Assembly: GCA_965242525.1 (NCBI GenBank)
Contig: OZ251459.1
Coordinates: 3,680,001 to 3,744,000 of the forward strand
Direction of reading: 5' to 3'
DNA length: 64,000 nt
Source: an uncultured Candidatus Binatia bacterium
Lineage (GTDB): Bacteria > Desulfobacterota > Binatia > UBA9968 > JAJDTQ01
Each line of letters starts with the position of its first letter. Position 1 is the first letter of the stretch. Below, one piece after another: positions 48,509 through 60,341 of this stretch. A program made the translations under genes and the position numbers. A model generated the notes under the pieces. The model saw nothing but the letters and a program-made list of their open reading frames with translations. It did no database searches and was not told the DNA's origin.

Positions 48509-49432
48509 TCAGGACGAGAGCCGCAGGATTTCCCGCGCCAGCCGTCTCTTGTCGTCCAGGGTGTCCATGCGGATGGACGTGGCCAGCGCCCGGACCCCGA
48601 GCTTCTCGATCTCCGGCCCCAGGTCCCGGTCTTCCGCGTCCACCACCAGCACGCGCACGAAGTCCCGGTAGGCGCGGGCCAGCCCCGCGGCCGAAGCCTC
48701 CAGCCCCAGGGCGCGCATGAGCTTGTGGGCCGGACCGCTGAAGGAGCGCCCCCGCACCACCGGGCTCACGGCCGCCACCACCGCGGGAGTCTCCCGCAAC
48801 GCCTCCCGGACGCCGGGCACCGCGAGTATGGGACCGATGCTGGTGGCCGGGTTGCTGGGGCAGACCACCACCATGTCCGCGTCCCGGATGGCTTCCACCA
48901 CGCCCGGGGCCGGGCGGCACCGTTGGACGCCCCGGTAGTCCAGGCTCCGTACCTCCGGTTGCCAGCGCTCCTTCACGAAATACTCTTGGAAGGAGATCTC
49001 GCCCTCCGGGGTCGCGAGCCGCGTCTCCACCCGCTGGTCGGACATGGGCAGCACCGCGGACTCCACCCCCAGCGCCCGGCAAAGCGAGGCGGTGACGCGC
49101 GACAGGGGCTGCCCCTGGGCCAGCAGGCGGGTGCGGGTCAGGTGGGTGGCCATGTCCCGATCCCCGATGCGGAACCAGGTCTCGTTGCCGAGCCGGCCCA
49201 GTTGCTCCAGCACCGTGAAGGTGTCGTCCCGGACGCCCCACCCCTTGGCCGGGTCGATGAGGCCGGCCAGGGTATAGACGATGGTGTCGATGTCAGGGGA
49301 TACGTGGAGCCCGTGCGCCACCGAGTCGTCCGCGGTGTTGCACACCACCGTCAGGCGCCCGGGCGCCGTCTCCTCCCGGAAGCCCAGCACCAGCTTTGCG
49401 CCCCCGGTGCCTCCGGTCAGGAGGACGACCAT
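48509..49432 (-). CDS. cofD: 2-phospho-L-lactate transferase (FbiA)
   Basis: GGTGGAK, SPDIDT, WFRIGDRD, FQEYFV, PSNP, SGPA. Confidence 0.95.
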   Translation of the reverse strand: MVVLLTGGTGGAKLVLGFREETAPGRLTVVCNTADDSVAHGLHVSPDIDTIVYTLAGLIDPAKGWGVRDDTFTVLEQLGRLGNETWFRIGDRDMATHLTRTRLLAQGQPLSRVTASLCRALGVESAVLPMSDQRVETRLATPEGEISFQEYFVKERWQPEVRSLDYRGVQRCRPAPGVVEAIRDADMVVVCPSNPATSIGPILAVPGVREALRETPAVVAAVSPVVRGRSFSGPAHKLMRALGLEASAAGLARAYRDFVRVLVVDAEDRDLGPEIEKLGVRALATSIRMDTLDDKRRLAREILRLSS

Positions 49433-49435
49433 CGC

Positions 49436-50680
49436 TCACAGGCCGGCCGGCGGCTGGACCGGAGGGCCGTCGGACCGGAGGAACCCGCCCTCCGGGAGGT
49501 CGGACTCGTCCTCCCAGGCGCGAAGGACCTCGTATCCGGTGGAGCGTTCCGCGGGCACGCGGTCGATCTCGCGGATCAGGGCCCGGAACTCGTGGGGCCA
49601 GATCATCTGCCCTTCGGTGGAGCCCGCCAGCCGCGAGATGCTCTCTTCCATGAGCGTGCCGCCGAAGTCGTTGGCGCCGGCCCGCAGGCAGAGCTGCGAC
49701 ATCCGCCGGCCCATCTTCACCCACGACACCTGCACGTTGGGGATGGCGTCGTTCAGCAGCACCCGGGCGAGGGCATGGACCCGTACGTCCTCCTCCTCGG
49801 TGGGTCCCGGACGGGCGAGCCCCTGCTGGAAGAGCGCGGTGTTCTCGTGCACGAACCCCAGCGGGACGAACTCGGTGAAGCCGCCGGTCTCCTTCTGGAT
49901 GTCCCGCAGCAGCAGCATGTGATCGACCCAGTGGCGGCCCTCCTCCCGGTGGCCGTACATCATGGTGGAGGTGGTGAAGATGCCCACACGATGGGCCGTC
50001 TCGATCACCCGGACCCACTGCTCGGTGCTGACCTTGTTCTTGGAGAGCACCATGCGGACCTCGTCGTCGAGGATCTCCGCGGCCGTGCCCGGAACGCTGT
50101 CGAGGCCGGCGTCGCGCAACATCAGCAGGTAGTCCTCCAGGGGCATGCCGGTGAGTTCGACGCCGTAGGTGATCTCCATGGGCGAGTAGGCGTGGATGTG
50201 GATGCCGGGCGTCCGCGAACGGATGGCCCGCAACAGGTCCCGGTAGTAGTAGGGCTGCATGTTGCGGGGCAGGCCCCCCTGCATGCAGACCTCGGTGGCG
50301 CCGCGGTTCCACGCCTCCTCCGCCTTGAGGCCCACCTCCTCCAGCGAGTTGTCCCAGCTTCCGGGCTTGTTGGGGCCGGTGTGGAAGGCGCAGAACTTGC
50401 AGCCCACGTAGCACACGTTGGTGAAGTTGATGTTGCGGCAGACCACGTAGGTGACGCGGTCGCCCACCCGGGCCTGCCGCAGCAGGTCCGCGGCCGCGGC
50501 GAGGGCGGCGAGCTCGCCGCCCTCCACCTCGCACAAGGCCAAGCCTTCCTCCCGGGTCACCTCGCGGCCCTCCAGGGCGCGTTCCAGTATGCGCGCGACC
50601 GGAGCCTCGATCCGGGGCAGGAGCCGGTTCAGCCGCTCGGCGCCGCCGTCATGGTCGAACATCGCTTCGATCTGGCTCAT
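49436..50680 (-). CDS. cofH: FO synthase subunit 2 (radical SAM)
   Basis: NINFTNVCYVGCKFCAF, PGTAAEILDD, MMYGH, GANDFGGTLMEE. Confidence 0.92.
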   Translation of the reverse strand: MSQIEAMFDHDGGAERLNRLLPRIEAPVARILERALEGREVTREEGLALCEVEGGELAALAAAADLLRQARVGDRVTYVVCRNINFTNVCYVGCKFCAFHTGPNKPGSWDNSLEEVGLKAEEAWNRGATEVCMQGGLPRNMQPYYYRDLLRAIRSRTPGIHIHAYSPMEITYGVELTGMPLEDYLLMLRDAGLDSVPGTAAEILDDEVRMVLSKNKVSTEQWVRVIETAHRVGIFTTSTMMYGHREEGRHWVDHMLLLRDIQKETGGFTEFVPLGFVHENTALFQQGLARPGPTEEEDVRVHALARVLLNDAIPNVQVSWVKMGRRMSQLCLRAGANDFGGTLMEESISRLAGSTEGQMIWPHEFRALIREIDRVPAERSTGYEVLRAWEDESDLPEGGFLRSDGPPVQPPAGL

Positions 50681-51860
50681 GGTGTCCTCCGTAGGCGGCG
50701 AGCCCATCCTCGCCGCACAGCCGCTCCAGGTAGGGGATCAGGCCGGGCGCCAGGAACCGCTCCGCCCGGGATATGTACTCCGGGTAGATGGGCAGCCGGG
50801 GCTTCAGCACGAAACCGGCCGCCGCGGTCCTGCGGGCCAGCTCCACCAGCTCGGGCCAGGGAGCTTCCGGGTTGATGAAGTCGCGGGTCACGGGCGAGAC
50901 CCCGCCCCAGTCGTTGATGCCCGCATCGAGGTACCACTCATAGCGTTCGGGGGTCAGGTTGGGGGGCGCCTGGATGTTCATGCCGCCCCCCAGGATCAGC
51001 CGCGCCAGCGCGATGGTCGCGGCCTCCTCGCGGTAGTCCGGCTGGGGATGGCCGGCCATGGGGATGCCGGGCTTCACGCGGAAGTTCTGCACGATCACTT
51101 CCTGGATGTGGCCGTAGCGTTGCTGCAACTCCGCGATGGCGTACAGCGACGCGATCCTCTCCTCCCAGGTCTCGCCGATGCCGATGAGTATCCCGGTGGT
51201 GAAGGGGATGGCCAACCTGCCCGCTTCGGCCAGGGTGCGGAGCCGCGCCGAAGGCTTCTTGTCCGGCGCGTCGGCATGGGGGCCGCCGGGCGCCATGAGG
51301 CGGTCGCTGACGTTCTCCAGCATGAGGCCCATGCTCACGTTGACCTGCCTGAGCCGCTCCAGGTCCGAGGACGCCATGATCCCGGGGTTGGCGTGGGGCA
51401 ACAGGCCTGTCTCTTCCAGCACCGCCCGGCACGCGTCGTACAGGTATTCCAGGGTCCTGCGGTAACCCGCCCGCGCCAGGAACTCCCTCATCTCGGGGTA
51501 GATGGCTTCGGGCTTGTCCCCCAGGCTGAACAGCGCCTCGGTGCAACCCATGGCCTCGGCCCGGCGCGCCGCCTCCAGCACTTCGTCCAGGGACAGGGTC
51601 CTGGCGCCGTCCTCTCCCGGAGCCTTGCGGAAAGTGCAGTAGCCGCAGAAGTCCCGGCACAGGTTGGTGAGCGGGATGAAGACCTTGGGGGAGAAGGTGA
51701 CGGTCCGGCCCTTGTGACGGTCGCGCAACGCCGCGGCCGCGCCCAGGAGCGCGGTGAACTCGTCTTCCTCGACGCCGGACAGCAGCAGGGCGTCGCCCGG
51801 CGTCAAGGCCCCACCATTGAGGCATTCCTTCAGCAGTCGTGGGACTCGGCGCGTCGTCAT
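50649..51860 (-). CDS. cofG: FO synthase subunit 1 (radical SAM)
   Basis: FIPLTNLCRDFCGYCTF, PHANPG, PFTTGILIGIGE, QAPPNL, GINDWGGVSP, NPEAPWP. Confidence 0.93.
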   Translation of the reverse strand: MTTRRVPRLLKECLNGGALTPGDALLLSGVEEDEFTALLGAAAALRDRHKGRTVTFSPKVFIPLTNLCRDFCGYCTFRKAPGEDGARTLSLDEVLEAARRAEAMGCTEALFSLGDKPEAIYPEMREFLARAGYRRTLEYLYDACRAVLEETGLLPHANPGIMASSDLERLRQVNVSMGLMLENVSDRLMAPGGPHADAPDKKPSARLRTLAEAGRLAIPFTTGILIGIGETWEERIASLYAIAELQQRYGHIQEVIVQNFRVKPGIPMAGHPQPDYREEAATIALARLILGGGMNIQAPPNLTPERYEWYLDAGINDWGGVSPVTRDFINPEAPWPELVELARRTAAAGFVLKPRLPIYPEYISRAERFLAPGLIPYLERLCGEDGLAAYGGHHEPDRSDVRP

Positions 51861-52028
51861 GGGCAAACGCTCAAACGGTTTGAATAACGGATACGGGTAT
51901 CCGGGTCAACCCGCGGCGGGCCGGCGGGGAGGCCGCGGGGGTCTTGCATTTTCGTCGCGGATGACACAATGTTTTCCCCTGAGGTTCCAACGCGCGTCTC
52001 CCGTGCAACGGAGACAAGGAGTCCGTCC

Positions 52029-52157
52029 ATGTCCACCGAAGACCCGCAAGACGACAGCAAGCCCCCGTCGCGTCCGACGCCCTCGAGGCTCGCCCTCGTC
52101 CTTCCGCATGGTTTCCCCGAAGTCCTGAACGCTCCACCGGGACGCATGCGCCCCTAG
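52029..52157 (+). promoter_or_regulatory. Putative proline-rich leader ORF (42 aa) upstream of the CorC/HlyC gene
   Basis: AAGGAG 7 nt before ATG; 10 Pro including two PP pairs; followed by a U-tract and a hairpin next to the downstream RBS. Confidence 0.4.
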
Positions 52158-52259
52158 ACCGAACCGAACGTCCGCAGCGAACGCCGCCTCGGGCCCGACC
52201 CGATGCGGGGTCCTTCGGTGTCTTTTTGCGTCCGGGCGTTCCGGACGGGAGAGGTTTCG

Positions 52260-53582
52260 ATGTTTGACAGCATATGGTTGGGCGGAACGGTCATCTTCCT
52301 GTTGATCCTGGCCAACGGTTTCTTCGCCGCGGCGGAGATCGCGGTGATCGCGACCCGCAAGACGCGCATCGACCAGTTGCTCGACCGGGGCGCGCGCTCC
52401 GCCGCGGCCCTGGGCCGGTTGAAGGAGGAGCCCGACCGGTTCCTCGCCACGGTCCAGATCGGCATCACCTTCGTGGGGGTGCTGGCCTCCGCCATCGGCG
52501 GCGCCGGGGCCATCGAGTTCCTGGCGCCGCGCCTCCGGTCGCTGCCGGTGCCCTACGCCGAGGCCTGGGGCTACTACGCGGCCATCCTCATGGTCGTGGT
52601 GCCCATCGCCTACCTGACCCTGGTCCTGGGGGAGCTCGTTCCCAAGTCCCTGGCGCTGCGTTTCTCCGAGCGCATCGCCTTCCTCGTGGCGCTGCCCATC
52701 GACGCCATCTCCCGGAGCACGTCCTTCCTGGTGAAGCTGTTGACCCGTTCCAGCAACGTGGTCCTCCGGCTCTTCGGCGGCAAGGACACGGGCGCCGCCT
52801 TCGTCTCCGAGGAAGACGTGAAGTCGCTCATCCGGGAAGGCACGGCCAAGGGGATCTTCGACGAGACCGAGAAGGAGCTGATCCACAGCGTCTTCGACTT
52901 CGCGGACACCCCCGTGAGGGCGGTGATGATCCCCCGGACCGAGATCCACGCGGTCCACGCGGCCACGGAGGCGGACGACCTGCTCCGGCATTTCGTGGAG
53001 AGCGGCTTCTCCAGGCTGCCGGTGTACGACAACGACATGGACCAGATCCTGGGCATCCTCTACAACAAGGACATCCTGCGGGCCATGCAGGCCAACGAGC
53101 CCATCGAGCTGCGCAAGCTCATGCACCCCGCCTTCTTCGTGCCCAGCTCGCTGCCCATCAGCCAGCTCCTGAAGGACCTGCAACGGCGCCGCATGGCCCT
53201 GGCCATGGTGGTGAACGAGTACGGCGAGGTGGAAGGGCTGGCGACCCTGGAGGACATCATCGAGGAGATCGTCGGCGAGATCCGCGACGAGTACGACGGC
53301 GAGGAACGGGGGCCGGTGGAGCGGCTGCCGGACGGCTCCCTGGTGGTGTCGGGTTCCGCCCTGCTCAAGGACCTCCAGTCGGACTACGGCCTGCCCTTCG
53401 AGGAGTCCCTGGACTACCATACCCTGGCCGGGTTCGTGCTGGCCAAGCTGAAGCGCATCCCCAGGGGCGGCGAGAAGATCGAGTCCGACGGCCACAGGCT
53501 GACCATCGTGGACGTGGAGGGCCGAAGGGTCGTCAAGGTCCGGGTGGAGGAGAACCGGCGCGCCGCGGACGCCGGGCAATAG
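52260..53582 (+). CDS. HlyC/CorC (CNNM-type) membrane protein, DUF21 + CBS pair + CorC domain
   Basis: NGFFAAAEIA, TVQIGIT, GELVPK, SRLPVY, VNEYG, TLEDIIEEIVGEI. Confidence 0.92.
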   Translation: MFDSIWLGGTVIFLLILANGFFAAAEIAVIATRKTRIDQLLDRGARSAAALGRLKEEPDRFLATVQIGITFVGVLASAIGGAGAIEFLAPRLRSLPVPYAEAWGYYAAILMVVVPIAYLTLVLGELVPKSLALRFSERIAFLVALPIDAISRSTSFLVKLLTRSSNVVLRLFGGKDTGAAFVSEEDVKSLIREGTAKGIFDETEKELIHSVFDFADTPVRAVMIPRTEIHAVHAATEADDLLRHFVESGFSRLPVYDNDMDQILGILYNKDILRAMQANEPIELRKLMHPAFFVPSSLPISQLLKDLQRRRMALAMVVNEYGEVEGLATLEDIIEEIVGEIRDEYDGEERGPVERLPDGSLVVSGSALLKDLQSDYGLPFEESLDYHTLAGFVLAKLKRIPRGGEKIESDGHRLTIVDVEGRRVVKVRVEENRRAADAGQ

Positions 53583-53637
53583 GAAGCGGAACGGGAAGTC
53601 GAACGCCGGGCCCCGGCGCGAACCCGGACGAGGCGGC

Positions 53638-54714
53638 TTACGAAGCCCTTTGCGTTGCCTTGCGCCCTTGCAGCAGGGCTTCCGTCTCCCCGAGCAGCGC
53701 CCGGACCTCTCCGGGCCTGCCTACGGTCACCCGGATCATGCTGCGGAGCTCGGGGGTATCGAAGAAGCGCACCAGGACGCCCCTTTCCCTGAGCCCGTCG
53801 TGGAGCCACCGGAGGCTGTCCCGGCCCAGCCGCGCCATCACGAAGTTCGCCTGGGACGGGTGCACCGCGAAGCCGAGTTTGCGAAGCCCGCGGACCAGGG
53901 TCTTGCGGGTCCCTTGGATGCGCCGGACGTTCCGCCTCATCCAGTCCATGTCCTGCAGCGCCGCGGAGGCCGCGGCCAGGCTGATCCGGCAGAGGTTGTA
54001 GGAGTCCTTGACCTTGGCCATGTTCCGCACCACGTCCTCCGAGCCGAAGGCCAGCCCCACACGCATGCCCGCCAACGAGAAGGACTTGGAGAACGTGCGC
54101 AGCACCGCCAGGTTCGGGACCCGCTTCACCAGCGCGATGGCGCTCTCGTCCCCGTCCGCGAAGTCCATGTACGCCTCGTCCACGACCAGGAGGCCGGAAA
54201 CGGAGCGCGCCAAGCGGGCCACCTCGCCCACGGGCGCAAGCGTCCCCGAAGGGGCGTTGGGGTTGCACAGGATGGTGACCTTGCCCGTTTGCGAGAAGAG
54301 GGCGGACGGCAGGGCGAAGTCATCGGGATAGGGGACCTCCAGGCTACTGCCGCCCTGTATGGCCACCAGGGTAGGGTACAGGGAGTAGGTCGGGACCGGG
54401 TAGGCCACGGCGTCGCCCTCCCCCACGTAACAGCGCATGAGTATCGAAAGCAGCTCGTCCGAGCCGTTGCCCGCCACGACGTTCCCGGGCCTTACGCCGT
54501 AGGCCGCTGCCGCGAGACGGCGCAACTCCCGCGCCGCGGGGTCGGGATAGAGGCGCAACGAGGCGAGCTCCCGGCGCACCGCGGCCAGCACCCGAGGCGA
54601 CGGCGGATAGGGGCTCTCGTTGGTGTTGAGCTTGACGACGCCGGCCCCTTCGGGCTGCTCCCCGGGCGTGTAACCCTCCATCTCCTCGATGTTTTTCCTC
54701 GCCAAAGCCCGCAT
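53638..54714 (-). CDS. hisC: Histidinol-phosphate aminotransferase
   Basis: KLNTNESPY, GNGSDE, NPNAPSG, DEAY, RTFSKSFSLAGMRVG. Confidence 0.93.
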   Translation of the reverse strand: MRALARKNIEEMEGYTPGEQPEGAGVVKLNTNESPYPPSPRVLAAVRRELASLRLYPDPAARELRRLAAAAYGVRPGNVVAGNGSDELLSILMRCYVGEGDAVAYPVPTYSLYPTLVAIQGGSSLEVPYPDDFALPSALFSQTGKVTILCNPNAPSGTLAPVGEVARLARSVSGLLVVDEAYMDFADGDESAIALVKRVPNLAVLRTFSKSFSLAGMRVGLAFGSEDVVRNMAKVKDSYNLCRISLAAASAALQDMDWMRRNVRRIQGTRKTLVRGLRKLGFAVHPSQANFVMARLGRDSLRWLHDGLRERGVLVRFFDTPELRSMIRVTVGRPGEVRALLGETEALLQGRKATQRAS

Positions 54715-54799
54715 CCGCCCGATTCTAGCGACCCCGCCCGGCCATTGCAAACCCGGCTTCTCGGCCCGATTCCGCATCTCGTGTCTCCGGTCAGGTAAA

Positions 54800-55043
54800 G
54801 AAACCCCGAACAATCGGGACAGAGGCAAGAGCGCGTCCTTCGACTCCGCTTCGCTACGCTCAGGACGAACGGATGAGGAGGGTCAGGGTGAGGGAATCCA
54901 TCCTGGATGTCCCGATTGTTCAGAGGTTCCTAAAGAAAACTCCGAACAGTTGTCTCCGTTCGTCCTGAGCGTAGCGAAGCGAAGTCGAAGGACAAGCCTT
55001 CCTACAGGCAGAGGGAGTTCGAGCCGGAATAGGTCAGAGGTTC
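54800..55043. mobile_element. Two adjacent MITE family A units (54800-54930, flanked by TAAA on both sides; 54935-55043)
   Basis: TIR-like ends and inverted REP cores; the last TIR overlaps the ParA stop codon. Confidence 0.8.
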
Positions 55044-56026
55044 CCGATACTGCACCTGTCGGCGATGGATTTGGCGAGGGCCTCGAATTCATCGTAGCAG
55101 TCCTGCACCGCGTAGATGTGGCCGCCCAGGGCGCCGTCCGCGGCCCTGAGGTGGAACGCCGGCTTGCGCGCCTCTTGGGCCATGGGCATGAGGCTGCGGT
55201 AGTGCTTCAGGGTAGCGAGACATGCGGGGTCGGTGTCGGTGGAGGAAACGTTCGCGCCGGTCTCGCCAAGCGCTTCCTCGTGATAGACCCCGGGAATACG
55301 CCGCATCCACTTCCGGTAGGCCTGGGCGGGACGCCCTGCCCGCACCGCCTGCTGCATCACGACGTAGCCCGCGGGCGTGATCTCCCCCGACGGCAGCGAC
55401 AGGTTCGAGTCGCCGGGCAGTCGGTCGAAGCGGTCCTTCCACTCCGTGCGCCAATCCCGGAGGGTCGGGCCGAGGTTTCGGAGACCCTGGAGCGAGAACA
55501 GGTCGGGGGCGAGGGGGAACACGACGAAGTCCGCGGCGATGATCGCCGACCGGTTGACGGCCCCCAGGTTGGGGGCGACGTCGATCAATACCAAGTCGGC
55601 ATCCCGTTCCTCCGCGGCTGCAAGAACCACGTGGTGAAACGCGGACTCGGTCCGAAACGCGGACTCGTCCCCGTCCAGGCAAGCCGACCACGCCGCGGAA
55701 AGCTTCGCCTCGAAACGGGAGAGACCCAGGTCGCCGACTACCACCCCGCATTGCAGTGCGACTTCCTCCACGTGCGGTTTGCCGATGTCACCGATCCCCT
55801 TCAAGAGCGGGGAAAGCGAACCCAGGATGCTCCGGCGTCCATCGCCGTCGGGCCACAGCTCTTCCAGCCGGTCCTCGTCCAGGAACATGACGCTCAGGTT
55901 CGCTTGCGGGTCCAAGTCTGCCGCAACCACGGAAAAGCCGAGTTCGGCATACATCCAGGCCAGGTGATAGACCAAGGTGGTCTTGCCCACGCCGCCCTTG
56001 TCGTTGAAGAACGCGATGGTCTTCAC
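55034..56026 (-). CDS. ParA/Soj-family ATPase (orphan, no parB in window)
   Basis: FFNDKGGVGKTT deviant Walker A, DLDPQANL, LIDVAPNLGAVN. Confidence 0.88.
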   Translation of the reverse strand: MKTIAFFNDKGGVGKTTLVYHLAWMYAELGFSVVAADLDPQANLSVMFLDEDRLEELWPDGDGRRSILGSLSPLLKGIGDIGKPHVEEVALQCGVVVGDLGLSRFEAKLSAAWSACLDGDESAFRTESAFHHVVLAAAEERDADLVLIDVAPNLGAVNRSAIIAADFVVFPLAPDLFSLQGLRNLGPTLRDWRTEWKDRFDRLPGDSNLSLPSGEITPAGYVVMQQAVRAGRPAQAYRKWMRRIPGVYHEEALGETGANVSSTDTDPACLATLKHYRSLMPMAQEARKPAFHLRAADGALGGHIYAVQDCYDEFEALAKSIADRCSIGNL

Positions 56027-57207
56027 GGCTTTCTCCGAATGGTCGCGAGCACGTATGACGTCTCGAACGTGAACTCCGCCTGCGGATTGCCATTCCTGCG
56101 CAAGGCTTCCTGCGCGCGCCTCACGCCGCGGCCGAACGCGTTGACGTACCCCAGCGTGGCCATGGCCTCCGCGACCACGGGATTGCGATAGTCCGTCTGT
56201 TCCGGGAAGTTCTCGGGCGAGGCCATTCCGTACAGGCCGCCCGGACTCTGGATTTCGATGCGGTCCTCGTAGCAGTAGAACCGCACGGGCGCGTTGGACT
56301 CGTACGAACGGTGCATGACCGCGTTCAGCAGCAGTTCGCGGATGGCCACCGTCGGATAATCCATGTCCGCCCGCTCCCGGAGAGCGGACTCGGCCACCGG
56401 ATGGACCTGCGTCTGGAGCGGCACGAACGCCTGGATCTCCCGCAGCACCGAGAGCAGGTCGCCGCTGAAGCTCTTTTCACCGACGGGGTCGTCCGCCATA
56501 CTCGCCCCGGCCCATCGGACGAACTGGACCCGGGCGCCGGGAATCCACTGGATAGGCTGCTTGGCGAACAGCAAGGCTCCCGCATTCGTCGGACAGTCCG
56601 CGGCCAGGTCGAAACAGCGAAGAGAAGCCATTTGTTCCCTGACGTCGCGGTCGTTCTCCTCGATCACGTCCCGGCTGACTGCGGCCGGCAGGTAACCCAC
56701 CAGGAACAGCTCCAGGGCCAGGTCGTCGATGGCGCAGCCGTGGCAGGGACTGGAATCGAAAGTCCTTTGCAGGGCGACTCGTCTCTCCACGAGAAGCCGC
56801 TCCTCCTGTTGGTTCGCGGCTCGCCGGGACGGCCCCACACGGATCCAGACACGGCCCTTGTAGCGAACGGGGGGCAGGTCCGACGGCAGGACTTCCACCA
56901 CCGCCACGTCCCCGTCGGGCAACGTGCATTTCTGCACGGTCATGGCCGGAAGCGGTTTCAGGTTGACGTTCGAACGCAGGTCCCCGAGCTTGCGCAGCAG
57001 TCCGTCGGTGACGGTCAAGCCGCTGGCCTGGCCGCGGTCGTCCACTCCTACCAGGAGGTATCCGGGTTGCCGGTGGTTCGGAAAGTCGTTGGCAAAGGCA
57101 CAGACGGCCTGGCCGAACTTGTCCGTGTCGTTCGTGCCCACGGTCATCTCGACCCGGTCGGATTCATGGTCCGCCATCATCGCTTGCAACCGCTCCGTGG
57201 TCAGCAT
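56023..57207 (-). CDS. Schlafen/AlbA_2 domain protein with a C-terminal HATPase_c_4 ('RecG C-terminal') domain
   Basis: ESDRVE, AVCAFAN, GYLLVGVDD, IRVG; RELLLNAVMHRSY, IEIQSPGGL, YRNP, GRG; GTGA overlap with the ParA gene. Confidence 0.82.
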   Translation of the reverse strand: MLTTERLQAMMADHESDRVEMTVGTNDTDKFGQAVCAFANDFPNHRQPGYLLVGVDDRGQASGLTVTDGLLRKLGDLRSNVNLKPLPAMTVQKCTLPDGDVAVVEVLPSDLPPVRYKGRVWIRVGPSRRAANQQEERLLVERRVALQRTFDSSPCHGCAIDDLALELFLVGYLPAAVSRDVIEENDRDVREQMASLRCFDLAADCPTNAGALLFAKQPIQWIPGARVQFVRWAGASMADDPVGEKSFSGDLLSVLREIQAFVPLQTQVHPVAESALRERADMDYPTVAIRELLLNAVMHRSYESNAPVRFYCYEDRIEIQSPGGLYGMASPENFPEQTDYRNPVVAEAMATLGYVNAFGRGVRRAQEALRRNGNPQAEFTFETSYVLATIRRKP

Positions 57208-57358
57208 GGTCTCGTCTTCCGATGACTGCACATCGAATCCCGGTCCAAGGCGAAGTCCTGCCTGGGGGAATCGAAACGACAGGCAGCCTGGCATCCGCGC
57301 CGCCGGGCCGCCAAGAGGACTTGCTCGGGTGCGGCGGCGTCGGCGAGGGAGTTGGACG

Positions 57359-59977
<2,619 letters not shown>

Positions 59978-60225
59978 GACTCCTCCGGCTCCCTCCGCGA
60001 GCGTTCCCCCCGCGAGCCCGCCATGACCGCGGGCAAGGTCTGAAACCGACTTGGCGCGGGGTATCCCGCGTCCGGTGGACCGCCATGACCGCGGGCAGGG
60101 CGGAAACGGTCCCGTTCGTCAGGAAGTTAGCCACGGATCCGCGAAAGTCAACGCGGACTTCCGGCTGCACGGAGTCCGCCCGGACGAAGGTTCCTTGGTT
60201 CGTCCGTCGGTTTTCTGCTATCTAG

Positions 60226-60304
60226 GGAAACCCTGAACGATTACCCCCGTTCGTCCTGAGCGTAGCGAAGCGAAGTCGAAGGACGCGCTTTCCCGCGGGA
60301 GAGG
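60226..60304. repeat. TIR-like end + REP core, preceded by CTAG
   Basis: CTAG|GGAAACCCTGAACGATTACCCCCGTTCGTCCTGAGCGTAGCGAAGCGAAGTCGAAGGACGCGC. Confidence 0.8.
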
Positions 60305-60341
60305 TAATCCTGGCGGCCTGTCCGCACCGGGGACCGGAGCC

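Noticed and set aside
55034-56026. Chromosome or plasmid partition locus
   Set aside because: No parB, parS or replication genes; the protein is longer than Soj and coupled to an unrelated gene.
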